DNA of 64,000 bases from an uncultured Alphaproteobacteria bacterium (GTDB taxonomy: Bacteria > Pseudomonadota > Alphaproteobacteria > SP197). Below the pieces are notes generated by a model that did not search any database, was not told where the DNA came from, and saw only the letters and a program-made list of their open reading frames with translations. This document shows, in pieces, positions 9,460 to 19,889 of the stretch (within the stretch, counting starts at the first letter, position 1; every line of letters begins with the position of its first letter). The stretch spans positions 271-64,270 of the forward strand of contig CALIUG010000081.1 of the NCBI GenBank assembly GCA_938048755.1. Reading direction: 5' to 3'. Both the position numbers and the translations under genes were made by a program.

Positions 9460-10152
9460 ATGCGCGAAATCGTTCTTGATACCGAAACCACGGGCCTTGA
9501 CGTCCTCAACGGCCATCGCCTGGTCGAGATCGGCTGTGTGGAGCTCGTCAACCTGGTGCCAACGGGTGTGACCTGGCAGTGCTATCTCAATCCGCAACGC
9601 GCGAACGAGCTGGAAGCCTTTAACGTCCACGGGCTGTCGGATGTGTTTCTGGCCAAGCAGCCGCTGTTCCGCGACAAGGCCGAGGAGTTTGTCGACTTCA
9701 TCGCCGACAGCATGCTGATCATCCACAATGCCGAGTTCGACCTGAAGTTCCTCAACAACGAACTCAAGCAGATTGGCATGGACACCATCCGTGGTGAGCG
9801 GGTGACCGATTCGCTGGCCCTTGCCCGCACGATCTATCCGGGCCAGGCCAACAGCCTGGATGCCCTGATGAAACGTCTTGGTGTCGATGCTTCGGCGCGG
9901 ACACGCCATGGCGCGCTGCTCGATGCCGAATTGCTGGCCCAGGTCTATCTGGAACTGCGTGGCGGCCGCCAGGCCGACCTTGCCCTTGCCCCTGAAAAGA
10001 ACGAGGCGACGTTCCAGGCAGGCGGGGCCGAAACCAGCCGCGAACATCGCGAGGCCCGGCCCCACGATGCCACCGAAGAGGAAATCGCCCGCCACGAGGC
10101 CTTCCTCGACAGCCTGGATGACACCATCTGGCGCCGCTTCACCGCCGGCTGA
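9460..10152 (+). CDS. dnaQ: DNA polymerase III epsilon subunit (3'-5' exonuclease)
   Basis: MREIVLDTETTGLD (Exo I), HNAEFD (Exo II) and HGALLDAELLAQVY (Exo III) motifs. Confidence 0.9.
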   Translation: MREIVLDTETTGLDVLNGHRLVEIGCVELVNLVPTGVTWQCYLNPQRANELEAFNVHGLSDVFLAKQPLFRDKAEEFVDFIADSMLIIHNAEFDLKFLNNELKQIGMDTIRGERVTDSLALARTIYPGQANSLDALMKRLGVDASARTRHGALLDAELLAQVYLELRGGRQADLALAPEKNEATFQAGGAETSREHREARPHDATEEEIARHEAFLDSLDDTIWRRFTAG

Positions 10153-10174
10153 TTGTTCCTGTTCTGAAGGACGA

Positions 10175-11155
10175 TCAGGGAATGATCACGGTTGACCCCA
10201 CGGTGCGCCTTCTTTCCAGGGCTTCATGGGCTTCGACGATGTCGGCCAGCCGGAAGGTCTGGCCGATCGTGATGCGGATCTTGCCCGAGGTGATCATCGA
10301 AAGCGCACGATCGGCACTGGAAACCAGTTCCTGGCGCGTCGCTGTGTAGTCGTGCATGTCGGGGCGGGTGATGAAAGCCGATCCGTGCTGGGCCAGAAGA
10401 CGCGGCTGGAACGGCGGCGGCTCACCCGATGACTGGCCGAACGAGACCAGCATGCCCAGGCGCGCGAGGCAATCAAGACTGTCTTCGAATGTGTCCTTGC
10501 CGATGGAATCATAGACCACGGGAACGCCTGCACCCTTGGTCTCTTCCATGACCCGTTCGACCAGATTGTCCTGACCCAGGATCAGTGGAACATCGCAACC
10601 GTTCTGGCGCGCCAGTTCGGCCTTCGCAGTCGTGGAGACCGTACCGATGATACGTGCGCCCAATGCCTGGGCCCACTGACACGCGATCAGGCCGACACCA
10701 CCTGCCGCGGCGTGAAACAGGATTGTCTGGCCGCGCCGCACCTTGAAGCATCGCTCCAGCAGGTATTCGACGGTCATCGCCTTGGTCATGGCGGCCGCGG
10801 CGACCTTGTCGTCCATGCCCTCGGGCAGCACCACAAGCTGCCCGGCATCGGCGATCATGGCCTGAGCATAGTTGCCCGGACCGGCAAGAACCGCGACGCG
10901 GTCGCCGACCTTGATGTCGTGCACATCCTCGCCGATGGCTTCGACAACACCGGCGGATTCGCAGCCCAGCGGAGCAGGCAGATCGACGGGATAGAGCCCT
11001 GTGCGCTCATAGACATCATAGAAATTGAGCGCGATGGCGGTGTTGCGCACTAAGGCCTGACCGGGCCCGGGATCGCCCAGGGCAACCTGCTCGAGTTGCA
11101 TGACCTCGGGCCCGCCATAGTGATGCACGCGTACGGCGGTGACCGTGTTGCTCAT
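10175..11155 (-). CDS. NADPH:quinone oxidoreductase (zinc-type alcohol dehydrogenase superfamily)
   Basis: 326 aa MDR-family protein with an AAAGGVG Rossmann motif. Paralog of the adjacent gene; its start overlaps the upstream gene's stop (ATGA). Confidence 0.8.
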   Translation of the reverse strand: MSNTVTAVRVHHYGGPEVMQLEQVALGDPGPGQALVRNTAIALNFYDVYERTGLYPVDLPAPLGCESAGVVEAIGEDVHDIKVGDRVAVLAGPGNYAQAMIADAGQLVVLPEGMDDKVAAAAMTKAMTVEYLLERCFKVRRGQTILFHAAAGGVGLIACQWAQALGARIIGTVSTTAKAELARQNGCDVPLILGQDNLVERVMEETKGAGVPVVYDSIGKDTFEDSLDCLARLGMLVSFGQSSGEPPPFQPRLLAQHGSAFITRPDMHDYTATRQELVSSADRALSMITSGKIRITIGQTFRLADIVEAHEALERRRTVGSTVIIP

Positions 11156-12123
11156 GGTATCAGCACCGTGGAACCGGTCGTCCGGCGTCCTTCAAGATCG
11201 CGATGGGCCTGTTCCGTCTCGGTGAGCGGATAGGTCTGGTTGACGTTGATCGCGACCTTGCCGGAACCCACCATGTTGAACAGGCGCTGGGTCGAAAGCT
11301 CCAGATCCTCGCGTGTGGCGGTGTAGTTGGCGAGGCTTGGCCGGGTGTAGAAAAGCGATCCGCCCGCCGCCAGTCTGGCGGGATTGAAACTGGTGACCGG
11401 GCCTGACGACTGGCCGAACGAAACCATCATGCCGCGGGTTGCGAGCGAGGCCAGGGAGGCCTCGAAAGTATCGGCGCCAACGGAGTCATAGACCACGGGC
11501 ACGCCCTTGCCGTCGGTCAGGTCCTTCACCCGCGCGGCAATGTCGTCACGACCCGTGATCAGCGCATGATCGCAGCCATGGGCCATCGCCAGTTCAGCCT
11601 TTTCGTCCGTGGACACGGTGCCGATCACCGTGGCCCCGATCGACTTGGCCCACTGGCAGGCGATCAGACCGACACCGCCTGCTGCTGCGTGAAACAGGAT
11701 GGTCTGTCCGGCCACGACCGGGAAGGTGCGGCACAGCAGGTACTCCACCGTCATGCCTTTCAGCATCATGGCGGCAGCGGTCTCGTCGTCGACGGATTCG
11801 GGAATCTTCACCACCTTGTCGGCAGGGATCGTGCGCGCCGTGCAATAGGCCCTCCCGGCCATGGCGTAAGCGATCCGGTCGCCAGGCTCGAGCCCGGCCA
11901 CGCCGTCACCCAGGGCCTCGACCACCCCGGCGGCCTCCATGCCCAGCGTCGCGGGCAGGTCCATGGGGTAGAGACCCGAACGCTGGTAGATGTCGATGAA
12001 GTTGAGGCCCACCGCGGTGTGGCGGATCAGCACCTCACCGGGTGCGGGATCGTTGACGTCGATGTCTTCGACCTTGAGCTGTTCAGGCCCGCCCGCTTCA
12101 TGAATGCGGATCGCTGTTGCCAT
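11152..12123 (-). CDS. NADPH:quinone oxidoreductase paralog
   Basis: MDR family; start trimmed to MATAIRIHEAGGPEQL, which is preceded by a GGAGGACA RBS. Confidence 0.8.
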   Translation of the reverse strand: MATAIRIHEAGGPEQLKVEDIDVNDPAPGEVLIRHTAVGLNFIDIYQRSGLYPMDLPATLGMEAAGVVEALGDGVAGLEPGDRIAYAMAGRAYCTARTIPADKVVKIPESVDDETAAAMMLKGMTVEYLLCRTFPVVAGQTILFHAAAGGVGLIACQWAKSIGATVIGTVSTDEKAELAMAHGCDHALITGRDDIAARVKDLTDGKGVPVVYDSVGADTFEASLASLATRGMMVSFGQSSGPVTSFNPARLAAGGSLFYTRPSLANYTATREDLELSTQRLFNMVGSGKVAINVNQTYPLTETEQAHRDLEGRRTTGSTVLIP

Positions 12124-12212
12124 GATGTGTCCTCCAGTTCGCGTGCCTGGAGTCTGCACTGCCGGATGTCATTTGAACCAGTCTTGAATGTGGCAGGCCG
12201 CGTACCGTTGGT

Positions 12213-14255
12213 TCAGGTTTTTTTCGGATCCAGCAGATTCACCAGCGCATCCGCACTGCTCACCGGCAACGAACAGACGGGGCCTTCGCAGACATAGGCG
12301 GTGGCGGAACCGTCGATCTGGCCCTTGCCGGCGGCGGGATGGCCAGCGGGCAGGGATTCCCCGGGAGCGATGACCGACACGACCGTATCCTGGCGTCCGG
12401 CCTTCCAGACCTCGGCCAGAAGCGCTTCGGTCGCGGGATCGCCACGTTCGCCAATGATCGCGATCTGCACGGCATGATTGAGTAGATCGAGATTGCTGAT
12501 CAGGACGGCATGGGCCAGCGGATTAGCCAGGATATCCGATGAAAACGTTGCAGCAATGGCTTCTGCGCGATCCCGAAAGCCGGTTTCTCCAGTCAAATGC
12601 CACAACCGGGCGTTGACACCCACCATGGTTCCGTTGCCTGATGGGGTGGCATTGTCGAGCGCGGTTTTGGTGCGCACGATCAGCGCTTCGGCATGATCGG
12701 CGGTAAAGAAGTAACCCCCGGCCTGATCGTCCCAGTAGTGGGTGTCAGCCGTGGCGACCCAGGTCCTGGCATGGTCAAGGAGGCCGGCATCGCCGGTGAT
12801 TTCGAGCAGGGCGAGCGCGGCATCGGCCATGTGGCTGTAGTCGTCGATCATGGCGACGTCGAGCACGCGGCAGTCGCGCGCGCTGTGTTTCAGGCGCGGA
12901 CCGTCGGTCATGGTGGCGACGATGTGGTCAAAGGCCTGCCGCGCTTGTGTGATCCAGGTGTCCTGGCCAAAGGCAGCGCCGGCGCGGGCCAGGGCGCGGA
13001 TCATCAGGCCGTTCCAGTCCGCCAGCACCTTGTCGTCCAGGCCCGGGCGGGGGCGGGGCGCACGGATCTCCAGCAGCTTTGCGCGTGACACGGCAAGCCT
13101 GGCTTCGATCTCGGGCTCTGGCTCACCCGTGGCAAGACGGTTCAGGATGGTCTTGCCTTCCCAGTTGCCCTCGGGCGTGACGCCGTAATGATTCTTGAAG
13201 AGCGCGGCATCCTCGCCCAGCGCATCATCAATCTGCGCTTCGGACCAGACATAAAACGCGCCCTCTTCACTGTGTCCGGTCCCATCATCGGAATCGGCAT
13301 CCAGGCTGGAGCACAACGCACTCTCAGCTGTCATCATCTCGCGCTGCAGCCAGGTCACGGTTTCGGCCACACGGCGCCGGTAGAGATCATGGCCGGTGCC
13401 CAGCCACAGGCGGGTGTAGTGCTCGATTAACTGGCTGTTGTCGTAGAGCATCTTCTCGAAATGCGGCACCAGCCAGATCTCGTCCACCGAGTAGCGCGCC
13501 CAGCCGCCGCCCAGATGGTCATAGATTCCGCCCTCGGCCATGGCATCGGCGCTGGTCAGCACGGCACGCCCGAAGCTGTCGCCGCGGCCCTTGCGATGGG
13601 CGCGCCAGAGCAGATCGAGATCGGGCACATGGGGGAACTTCGGGGCCTGGCCGATGCCGCCATAACGCATGTCGACAACCTGCATCAGCTTGTCAGCGCA
13701 GACGTCGGCCAGATCGGCGGGCAGGGTGCCACCGCCCTGTTTGGCTGAGAGTTTGGTGAGCGCCTCCTGCAGCGCCATCCGGTTCTGGTCGATCTTTTCC
13801 TTGCCGTTGCGGAACGTGTCTTCCACGGCAACCAGAACGTCGGTGAATCCGGGACGCCCGTATTTCGGCGTGCCGGGGAAGTAGGTGCCGCCCCAGAAGG
13901 GTTCGCCATCGGGCGTCAGGAACATGGTGAGCGGCCAGCCGCCCTGCTGGCCCAGCAGCTGCAATGCGGTCTGATAGATTGTGTCGATGTCGGGGCGTTC
14001 CTCGCGGTCGACCTTGATGTTGACGAAGAGGTCGTTCATCACATCGGCGATCGCGGAGTTTTCAAAGCTCTCATGGGCCATCACATGGCACCAGTGACAG
14101 GCGGCATAACCGACCGAAAGCAGGATCGGTTTGTCCTGCGCCTTGGCATGGGCCAGGGTTTCTGCGCCCCAGGGCTGCCAGTGCACCGGATTGTCCCGGT
14201 GCTGGTGGAGATAGGGACTGGTCTCCTGGTCGAGATTGTTACGCTGAAAATCCAT
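12213..14255 (-). CDS. Thioredoxin-domain protein (DUF255/YyaL family with N-acylglucosamine 2-epimerase-like C-terminal domain)
   Basis: Begins [29 protein letters not shown] and carries a CHWCHVM thioredoxin-like motif. Start trimmed to Met109 of the long ORF. Confidence 0.85.
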   Translation of the reverse strand: MDFQRNNLDQETSPYLHQHRDNPVHWQPWGAETLAHAKAQDKPILLSVGYAACHWCHVMAHESFENSAIADVMNDLFVNIKVDREERPDIDTIYQTALQLLGQQGGWPLTMFLTPDGEPFWGGTYFPGTPKYGRPGFTDVLVAVEDTFRNGKEKIDQNRMALQEALTKLSAKQGGGTLPADLADVCADKLMQVVDMRYGGIGQAPKFPHVPDLDLLWRAHRKGRGDSFGRAVLTSADAMAEGGIYDHLGGGWARYSVDEIWLVPHFEKMLYDNSQLIEHYTRLWLGTGHDLYRRRVAETVTWLQREMMTAESALCSSLDADSDDGTGHSEEGAFYVWSEAQIDDALGEDAALFKNHYGVTPEGNWEGKTILNRLATGEPEPEIEARLAVSRAKLLEIRAPRPRPGLDDKVLADWNGLMIRALARAGAAFGQDTWITQARQAFDHIVATMTDGPRLKHSARDCRVLDVAMIDDYSHMADAALALLEITGDAGLLDHARTWVATADTHYWDDQAGGYFFTADHAEALIVRTKTALDNATPSGNGTMVGVNARLWHLTGETGFRDRAEAIAATFSSDILANPLAHAVLISNLDLLNHAVQIAIIGERGDPATEALLAEVWKAGRQDTVVSVIAPGESLPAGHPAAGKGQIDGSATAYVCEGPVCSLPVSSADALVNLLDPKKT

Positions 14256-14366
14256 GCAGGAAACCGCCGGGCGTTGCGTTAATGGGGACAGAGCCCGTAA
14301 CGTGGCTGTCGGACCCGATCTTCGCAACCCAACGCAGAGTAGGGTTTTGGGCCAGGGAGAGCAGAT

Positions 14367-14606
14367 ATGAAAATCACCATCGAAGTCGATTGTACGCCCG
14401 AGGAGGCCCGTGCCTTCATGGGCATGCCCGATGTCCGCCCCATGCAGGACGAAATCATGGCCGACATGAAGGAACGCATGACCGAAGCCGCAAAGAACTT
14501 CGAGCCCGAAGCCGCGCTGAAGGCCTGGATGGGTGCTTCCGGTGACGGCATGGAGCAGATGATGCGCTTCTGGCAGCAACTTGGTCAGGGAAAGGACAAG
14601 GCGTGA
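14367..14606 (+). CDS. Hypothetical small protein
   Basis: 79 aa ORF with a GGGAGAG RBS; overlaps the start of the downstream ferredoxin gene (ATGA), suggesting an operon. Confidence 0.45.
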   Translation: MKITIEVDCTPEEARAFMGMPDVRPMQDEIMADMKERMTEAAKNFEPEAALKAWMGASGDGMEQMMRFWQQLGQGKDKA

Positions 14607-14941
14607 GCGATCCCGCTCCCTATTACACGCGCCACGTCTTCTGCTGCACCAACGAGCGGGCAGAAGGCCATCCGCGCGGCTGCTGCAAGGCCCGCAATGC
14701 CGAGGCTCTGCGCAATCACCTGAAAGCCCGCACCAAGGAACTGGGCATTCCCGGCGTCCGCATCAATGCCGCGGGTTGCCTGGATCGGTGCGAACTGGGC
14801 CCGACCATGGTGATCTATCCCGAAGGGGTCTGGTATCGTTACGAGACCGAGCAGGACGTGGAAGAGATCCTGCGCATCCACATCGCCGGCAACGGCCGCG
14901 TCGAACGCCTGATGCTCCAACCCGAAGATGGCCCCAAGTGA
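14603..14941 (+). CDS. Thioredoxin-like [2Fe-2S] ferredoxin
   Basis: 112 aa with the Cys pattern CC...C(35)C...C typical of the thioredoxin-like ferredoxin/NuoE-like family. Confidence 0.8.
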   Translation: MSDPAPYYTRHVFCCTNERAEGHPRGCCKARNAEALRNHLKARTKELGIPGVRINAAGCLDRCELGPTMVIYPEGVWYRYETEQDVEEILRIHIAGNGRVERLMLQPEDGPK

Positions 14942-14967
14942 TCCTGCCACCGGCTTTGCGAAGCCGG

Positions 14968-14983
14968 TGTTTCACGTGAAACA
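14968..14983. other. parS: parS centromere-like site, perfect consensus TGTTTCACGTGAAACA (intergenic, just upstream of mnmE)
   Basis: Exact match to the 16-bp ParB/Spo0J-binding consensus; extended 18-bp palindrome GTGTTTCACGTGAAACAC. Preceded by a hairpin CCGGCTT-TGCG-AAGCCGG, a possible terminator for the ferredoxin gene. Confidence 0.8.
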
Positions 14984-14992
14984 CATGCCGTC

Positions 14993-16300
14993 ATGACGAT
15001 CTTTGCCCTCTCTTCCGCGCCAGGCCGCGCGGCTTTGGCCGTGATCCGGGTTTCGGGACCGGCTGCCGGGGATGCCGTGCGTGCCCTGACGGGAAGGGAC
15101 ACCCCGAGTCCGCGAACTGCAGCGCTGCGGCGCATTACGGAGCCCGAAAGTGGCGACCTGATCGACGAGGCCCTGATCCTGTGGTTCCAGGGACCTGCCA
15201 GTGAGACCGGCGAGGACATGGCGGAGTTTCAGGTCCATGGCGGGCGCGCCGTGGTGCAGGGGGTCCTGGACGCGCTTGCCCGGTTGCCGGGGCTGCGTCC
15301 TGCTGAACCCGGTGAATTCACCCGTCGCGCTGTGCTCAACAGCAAGCTTGATCTCACGGCGGCAGAAGCCGTCGCGGATCTGGTCGAGGCCGATACCAGC
15401 CGTCAGCGCGATCAGGCACTGGCCCAGATGCAGGGCGCGCTGGCGCTGGCCTATGACGGTTGGCGGGATCGTCTGGTTGCGCTGATGGCCAGGCTCGAGG
15501 CCGTGATCGACTTTTCCGATGAAGAACTGCCCGATGATGTGACGACCGGCCTGATGGATGCGGTCGGGACGCTCCGCACGGAAATCCTGGCCTATCTGGA
15601 CGATGACCGGCGCGGCGAACGTCTGCGTGAAGGCCTGCATATCGTGATCCTGGGGGCTCCCAATGTCGGGAAATCGAGCCTGTTGAACCGCCTGGCACGC
15701 CGGGAGGCAGCGATTGTCTCGTCGGAGGCCGGTACGACCCGCGATGTCGTCGAGGTGACGCTCGATCTCGCCGGTTTTGCCGTGACCCTGGCCGACACGG
15801 CGGGATTGCGCACGGATGCCGGTGCTGTGGAGCGCGAAGGCATGCGCCGTGCGCTGGATCGCGCGCGTGATGCCGATCTGAAGCTGGCGCTGGTGGATGC
15901 CGCGCGTTGGGACAAGACCTGGGCCGCCGTGAGGGATCAGGTGGATGACAGCACCATCGTTGTTGCCAACAAGTCCGACCTTGACCCTGTTTCACGTGAA
16001 ACATCGTCGCTGGCGGTTTCCTGCACCACAGGCGAAGGCCTGGACGACCTGGTAGCCCTGTTGTCACAGCGCATCCGGGAGTCCTGGGACGGCGCGCTTG
16101 CCGGACCCACGCGGGAGCGGCACAGGGCCGGACTGGAACAGGCTGCGGCCGCACTGGAACGCGCTCAACATGGGGAAGAGGCGGCCCTGGTTGCCGAGGA
16201 TCTGCGTCTGGCCGCGACGGCGCTAGGCCGGATCACGGGCAGGGTTGATGTCGAGGACCTGCTGGATGTGATCTTTTCGGAGTTCTGCATCGGAAAATAG
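14993..16300 (+). CDS. mnmE: tRNA modification GTPase MnmE
   Basis: 435 aa with G-domain motifs GAPNVGKSSLLN and DTAG, and C-terminal CIGK. Confidence 0.95.
   Translation: MTIFALSSAPGRAALAVIRVSGPAAGDAVRALTGRDTPSPRTAALRRITEPESGDLIDEALILWFQGPASETGEDMAEFQVHGGRAVVQGVLDALARLPGLRPAEPGEFTRRAVLNSKLDLTAAEAVADLVEADTSRQRDQALAQMQGALALAYDGWRDRLVALMARLEAVIDFSDEELPDDVTTGLMDAVGTLRTEILAYLDDDRRGERLREGLHIVILGAPNVGKSSLLNRLARREAAIVSSEAGTTRDVVEVTLDLAGFAVTLADTAGLRTDAGAVEREGMRRALDRARDADLKLALVDAARWDKTWAAVRDQVDDSTIVVANKSDLDPVSRETSSLAVSCTTGEGLDDLVALLSQRIRESWDGALAGPTRERHRAGLEQAAAALERAQHGEEAALVAEDLRLAATALGRITGRVDVEDLLDVIFSEFCIGK
15988..16003. other. parS: parS site inside the mnmE coding sequence (TGTTTCACGTGAAACA)
   Basis: Perfect 16-bp consensus in frame, encoding VSRET. 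Confidence 0.75.
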
Positions 16301-16306
16301 ACCGGG

Positions 16307-16323
16307 GTGTTTCACGTGAAACA
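16307..16323. other. parS: parS site immediately downstream of the mnmE stop (TGTTTCACGTGAAACA)
   Basis: Perfect 16-bp consensus about 7 nt after the stop, in the mnmE-mnmG intergenic region. Confidence 0.8.
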
Positions 16324-16532
16324 TCCTGATCGTCCGGAAACCCACTTGCTATCCCCCCGATTCCGGGATTTGTTCACTTGTGTTGACCATCGTTACGCCA
16401 GGTTGGGGTGCATGGGGTTGTCTTCGCGTTTTTCATCCAGCCCACCATCCCATCGCCTGATGGGCTGATAATCAGGAGAATCAGGGAGCCCGGCGCTGGA
16501 CCTTGACCCGCCGCGTCCCTACATTCCGCGCC

Positions 16533-18401
16533 ATGAACGTGAACACCACCTTTGATGTGATTGTGGTTGGCGGCGGCCATGCCGGTACAGAGGCCGCTGC
16601 TGCGTCTGCGCGTTGCGGTGCGGCGACCTGTCTGGTCACGCACAAGGCCGCGACCATCGGCGCGATGTCCTGTAATCCGGCCATTGGCGGACTGGGCAAG
16701 GGTCATCTGGTACGTGAGATCGATGCCCTGGACGGGCTGATGGGCCGCGCCATCGACCGTTCCGGTATCCAGTTCCGCATGCTCAACGCCAGCAAGGGTC
16801 CGGCCGTGCGGGGCCCACGAGCCCAGGCAGATCGTGTGCTCTATGCCGGCGCCATTCAGGAACTGCTCGCCGAACAGGATAATCTGGTGATCCTGGAAGG
16901 GGAGGCCGACGACGTTGTCCTTGATGATTCCGGTGCCATTGCCGGTCTTGGCCTGAGCGATGGCCGGAAGCTTGCCTGCCGCGCTGTCGTGGTCACAACG
17001 GGCACCTTCCTGCGTGGCATGGTCCATCTGGGTGAGGAAACCTGGGCGGCGGGCCGCATTGGCGATGCCCCCGCGGTAGGGCTGGCACACACCCTGGAGC
17101 GCCTGGCTTTTGCACTGGGGCGCCTGAAGACGGGCACGCCGCCGCGCCTGGACGGGCGCACTGTCGACTGGCAGGCCTGCAAGATTCAACCAGGTGATGC
17201 TCCACCGGTACCGTTTTCATCGCTGACCCAGACGATCACGGTGCCCCAGGTTCCCTGCTACATCACCCACACGACCGAGGCGACGCACGCTATCATTCGC
17301 GCGAACCTTGATCGTGCACCGATCTATTCCGGCCAGATCGACGGAACGGGACCGCGCTACTGTCCCTCCATCGAGGACAAGGTCGTTCGGTTTGCCGAAA
17401 AGCCCGGTCATCAGATCTTTCTGGAACCCGAGGGCATCACCACCGACACGGTCTATCCCAACGGCATCTCGACCTCGCTGCCACGCGATGTGCAGGACGC
17501 CCTTGTGGCGACCATTCCGGGCCTGGAGACCGCCGTGATCGAACAGCACGGCTACGCCATCGAATACGATTTTGTCGATCCGCGCGAGCTGCATCACACG
17601 CTGGAAACCCGCAGAATTCCTGGCCTTTATCTCGCTGGCCAGATCAACGGAACCACAGGTTACGAAGAGGCTGGCGGCCAGGGGCTCGTGGCGGGGCTGA
17701 ATGCTGCCCGGCGTGCCGGCGGCAGTGAAGCGGTCACCTTTGATCGTGCCGAAGCCTATCTGGGTGTGATGATCGACGATCTCGTAACCCGCGGTACGTC
17801 TGAGCCCTACCGCATGTTCACCAGCCGCGCCGAGTACCGCCTGATGTTGCGGGCCGACAACGCCGATCTGCGGCTGACGCCCAAGGGGCTTGCTGCGGGT
17901 TGTGTCGGGCCCGAGCGGCGTGCGGCCTTCGCCCGGCGTAAGGAAGCTGTTGAAAGCGCGCTGGCCGAGGCTGCTGGTCTCACGGTCTCGCCCGATGAGG
18001 CCTGCGCTGTGGGCATGGCGGTGAATCGTGACGGTCGTCGGCGCAGTCTGATCGACCTCTTTGCTTATCCAGATGCCACGCGCGAGCGCCTGTCATCCCT
18101 GTGGCCACAGATCGCCGGCTGGCCGGATCATGCGCTCGAGCAGGTCGAGATTGCAGGCCGTTATGCCGGTTACGTCCATCGCATGGAGGCTGATATCGCA
18201 ACCCTGCGACGGGATGAGGCCCTGCGCCTTCCAGCCGATCTGGACTTTGCCGTGATTGGCGGTCTGTCGACGGAAATGCGCGAGAAGCTGGCCGTCGCCA
18301 GGCCCGAGACGCTGGGGCAGGCGGCGCGCATTCCAGGCGTCACGCCGGCCGCTCTGCAGGCCCTGATGGCCCACGTACGTCGCAAGGCGGCCAGATTGTG
18401 A
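16533..18401 (+). CDS. mnmG: tRNA uridine 5-carboxymethylaminomethyl modification enzyme MnmG (GidA)
   Basis: [19 protein letters not shown]-binding N-terminus. Start trimmed to MNVNTTFDV by alignment to the E. coli MnmG start. Confidence 0.95.
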   Translation: MNVNTTFDVIVVGGGHAGTEAAAASARCGAATCLVTHKAATIGAMSCNPAIGGLGKGHLVREIDALDGLMGRAIDRSGIQFRMLNASKGPAVRGPRAQADRVLYAGAIQELLAEQDNLVILEGEADDVVLDDSGAIAGLGLSDGRKLACRAVVVTTGTFLRGMVHLGEETWAAGRIGDAPAVGLAHTLERLAFALGRLKTGTPPRLDGRTVDWQACKIQPGDAPPVPFSSLTQTITVPQVPCYITHTTEATHAIIRANLDRAPIYSGQIDGTGPRYCPSIEDKVVRFAEKPGHQIFLEPEGITTDTVYPNGISTSLPRDVQDALVATIPGLETAVIEQHGYAIEYDFVDPRELHHTLETRRIPGLYLAGQINGTTGYEEAGGQGLVAGLNAARRAGGSEAVTFDRAEAYLGVMIDDLVTRGTSEPYRMFTSRAEYRLMLRADNADLRLTPKGLAAGCVGPERRAAFARRKEAVESALAEAAGLTVSPDEACAVGMAVNRDGRRRSLIDLFAYPDATRERLSSLWPQIAGWPDHALEQVEIAGRYAGYVHRMEADIATLRRDEALRLPADLDFAVIGGLSTEMREKLAVARPETLGQAARIPGVTPAALQALMAHVRRKAARL

Positions 18402-19033
18402 GCAACCAGACCGAGGTTCTAAACGCCGAGACGGCCTGTGAACGGCTGGGTGTTTCACGTGAAACACGCGAGAAGCTGGAGGCCTATGTCGCCATTCTGC
18501 TGGAATGGCAGGGCCGCATGAACCTGATTGGGCCCAGCACGATCGACGATATCTGGAACCGTCACATCGTGGATTGCGCGCAACTGGCCCGTCTGGTGCC
18601 TCCTGGATGCCGGCGGCTGGTCGATCTTGGCAGTGGTGCGGGGCTACCGGGCCTTGTCTTTGCCATTCTGGGCGTGCCGGGCGTTGAACTGGTCGAGAGC
18701 GATCAGAAGAAGGCGGCTTTCCTTCATGCCGCCGCCGGCGCGGCGGGCGTCAGGCCGTTGATTCACACCTGCCGGGTCGAGGCGATGCCTCCCGAGCCCG
18801 CCGACGTGGTGACCGCCAGGGCGGTTGCACCCCTCGAACGGCTCGCTCCCATGGTCGCGCGTTTCATGACCGAGGGAAGCGTCGCAATTCTGCCCAAAGG
18901 CAGTTCGGTGGATGATGAGTTGAAAGCCGTAGCGCGTCAATGGCACCTGTGGTACAGTCGTCACACAAGTATGACAGACCCTCGTGGCTGTCTCCTCGTG
19001 ATCGACAGGTTGTACCATGACCCCCATCTCTGA
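18398..19033 (+). CDS. rsmG: 16S rRNA (guanine527-N7)-methyltransferase RsmG (GidB)
   Basis: 211 aa; SAM-binding [12 protein letters not shown]; GTG start overlapping the mnmG stop. Confidence 0.9.
   Translation: MSNQTEVLNAETACERLGVSRETREKLEAYVAILLEWQGRMNLIGPSTIDDIWNRHIVDCAQLARLVPPGCRRLVDLGSGAGLPGLVFAILGVPGVELVESDQKKAAFLHAAAGAAGVRPLIHTCRVEAMPPEPADVVTARAVAPLERLAPMVARFMTEGSVAILPKGSSVDDELKAVARQWHLWYSRHTSMTDPRGCLLVIDRLYHDPHL
18451..18466. other. parS: parS site inside the rsmG coding sequence (TGTTTCACGTGAAACA)
   Basis: Perfect consensus; the 18-bp palindrome GTGTTTCACGTGAAACAC encodes VSRET in frame. Confidence 0.75.
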
Positions 19034-19889
19034 CCCCACATATGCCAACCCCTTGTGTGATACAGATCGTCTGACACAAGAACTTGGGTATGACAATTCC
19101 CGAAAAATCATCGCGGTGGCGAACCAGAAAGGTGGCGTTGGTAAGACAACGACGACCATCAATCTGGCGACGGCGCTGGCTGCTGTTGGTCGGAAAATCC
19201 TGATCATCGACAGCGACTCCCAGGGCAATGCCAGCACCGGACTTGGTATTGCACCGTCAGACAGGCGTCAGACAACCTATGATCTTCTGACCCGGGGCGC
19301 TTCGGCGGTGGTGCCGATGGCAACCTCCATTCCCGGCCTCTCGATCATCCCTGCAACGGTCGACCTCTCGGGCGCCGAGATCGAACTGGTCGATATCCCC
19401 GACCGCCATGCCCTGCTCAAGACCGCGCTTGATGAACTCGCGGGTGACTATGATCTCGTCCTGATCGACTGTCCACCCGCCCTGGGCCTGCTGACCCTCA
19501 ACGCCCTGGTCGCTGCCGATGAGGTGCTGGTGCCCCTGCAGTGCGAGTTTTTCGCACTCGAGGGCCTCTCCATGTTGCTCAACACGGTCGAGCGGGTTTG
19601 CCAGGCCTACAATCCCGATCTCACGGTCTCGGGTATTGTTCTGACCATGTACGACAAGCGGAACCGTCTCTCGCGCGAGGTGGTCGATGACGTGCGTCGG
19701 GTCATGGGCGACAAGGTTTACCAGACCGTGATCCCGCGCAATGTCCGTGTCTCGGAGGCGCCCTCCTACGGTAAGCCTGTGATGTTACACGCTTTTCACA
19801 GCTCAGGTGCGCAGGCCTATGTCCATTTGGCCGGTGAAATGCTGCGCCGTGAAGCCGCCCAGCGCCATGTTCTGCAGGGAGCGGCCTGA
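19017..19889 (+). CDS. parA: Chromosome partitioning ATPase ParA
   Basis: Deviant Walker A NQKGGVGKTTT; ParA/Soj family. Confidence 0.9.
   Translation: MTPISDPTYANPLCDTDRLTQELGYDNSRKIIAVANQKGGVGKTTTTINLATALAAVGRKILIIDSDSQGNASTGLGIAPSDRRQTTYDLLTRGASAVVPMATSIPGLSIIPATVDLSGAEIELVDIPDRHALLKTALDELAGDYDLVLIDCPPALGLLTLNALVAADEVLVPLQCEFFALEGLSMLLNTVERVCQAYNPDLTVSGIVLTMYDKRNRLSREVVDDVRRVMGDKVYQTVIPRNVRVSEAPSYGKPVMLHAFHSSGAQAYVHLAGEMLRREAAQRHVLQGAA

Noticed and set aside
14763-18467. Short ORFs beginning or containing MFHVKH/MFHVKQ (14763..14984, 15354..16154 and 18093..18467, all minus strand).
   Set aside because: They arise from translating the parS palindrome GTTTCACGTGAAAC on the opposite strand. 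They are not genes.
14967-18467. Initially treated the repeated 18-bp palindrome GTGTTTCACGTGAAACAC as a novel regulatory motif or miniature repeat element.
   Set aside because: It matches exactly the well-known parS consensus TGTTTCACGTGAAACA, so it is a centromere site, not a new element. It is reported as parS features instead.
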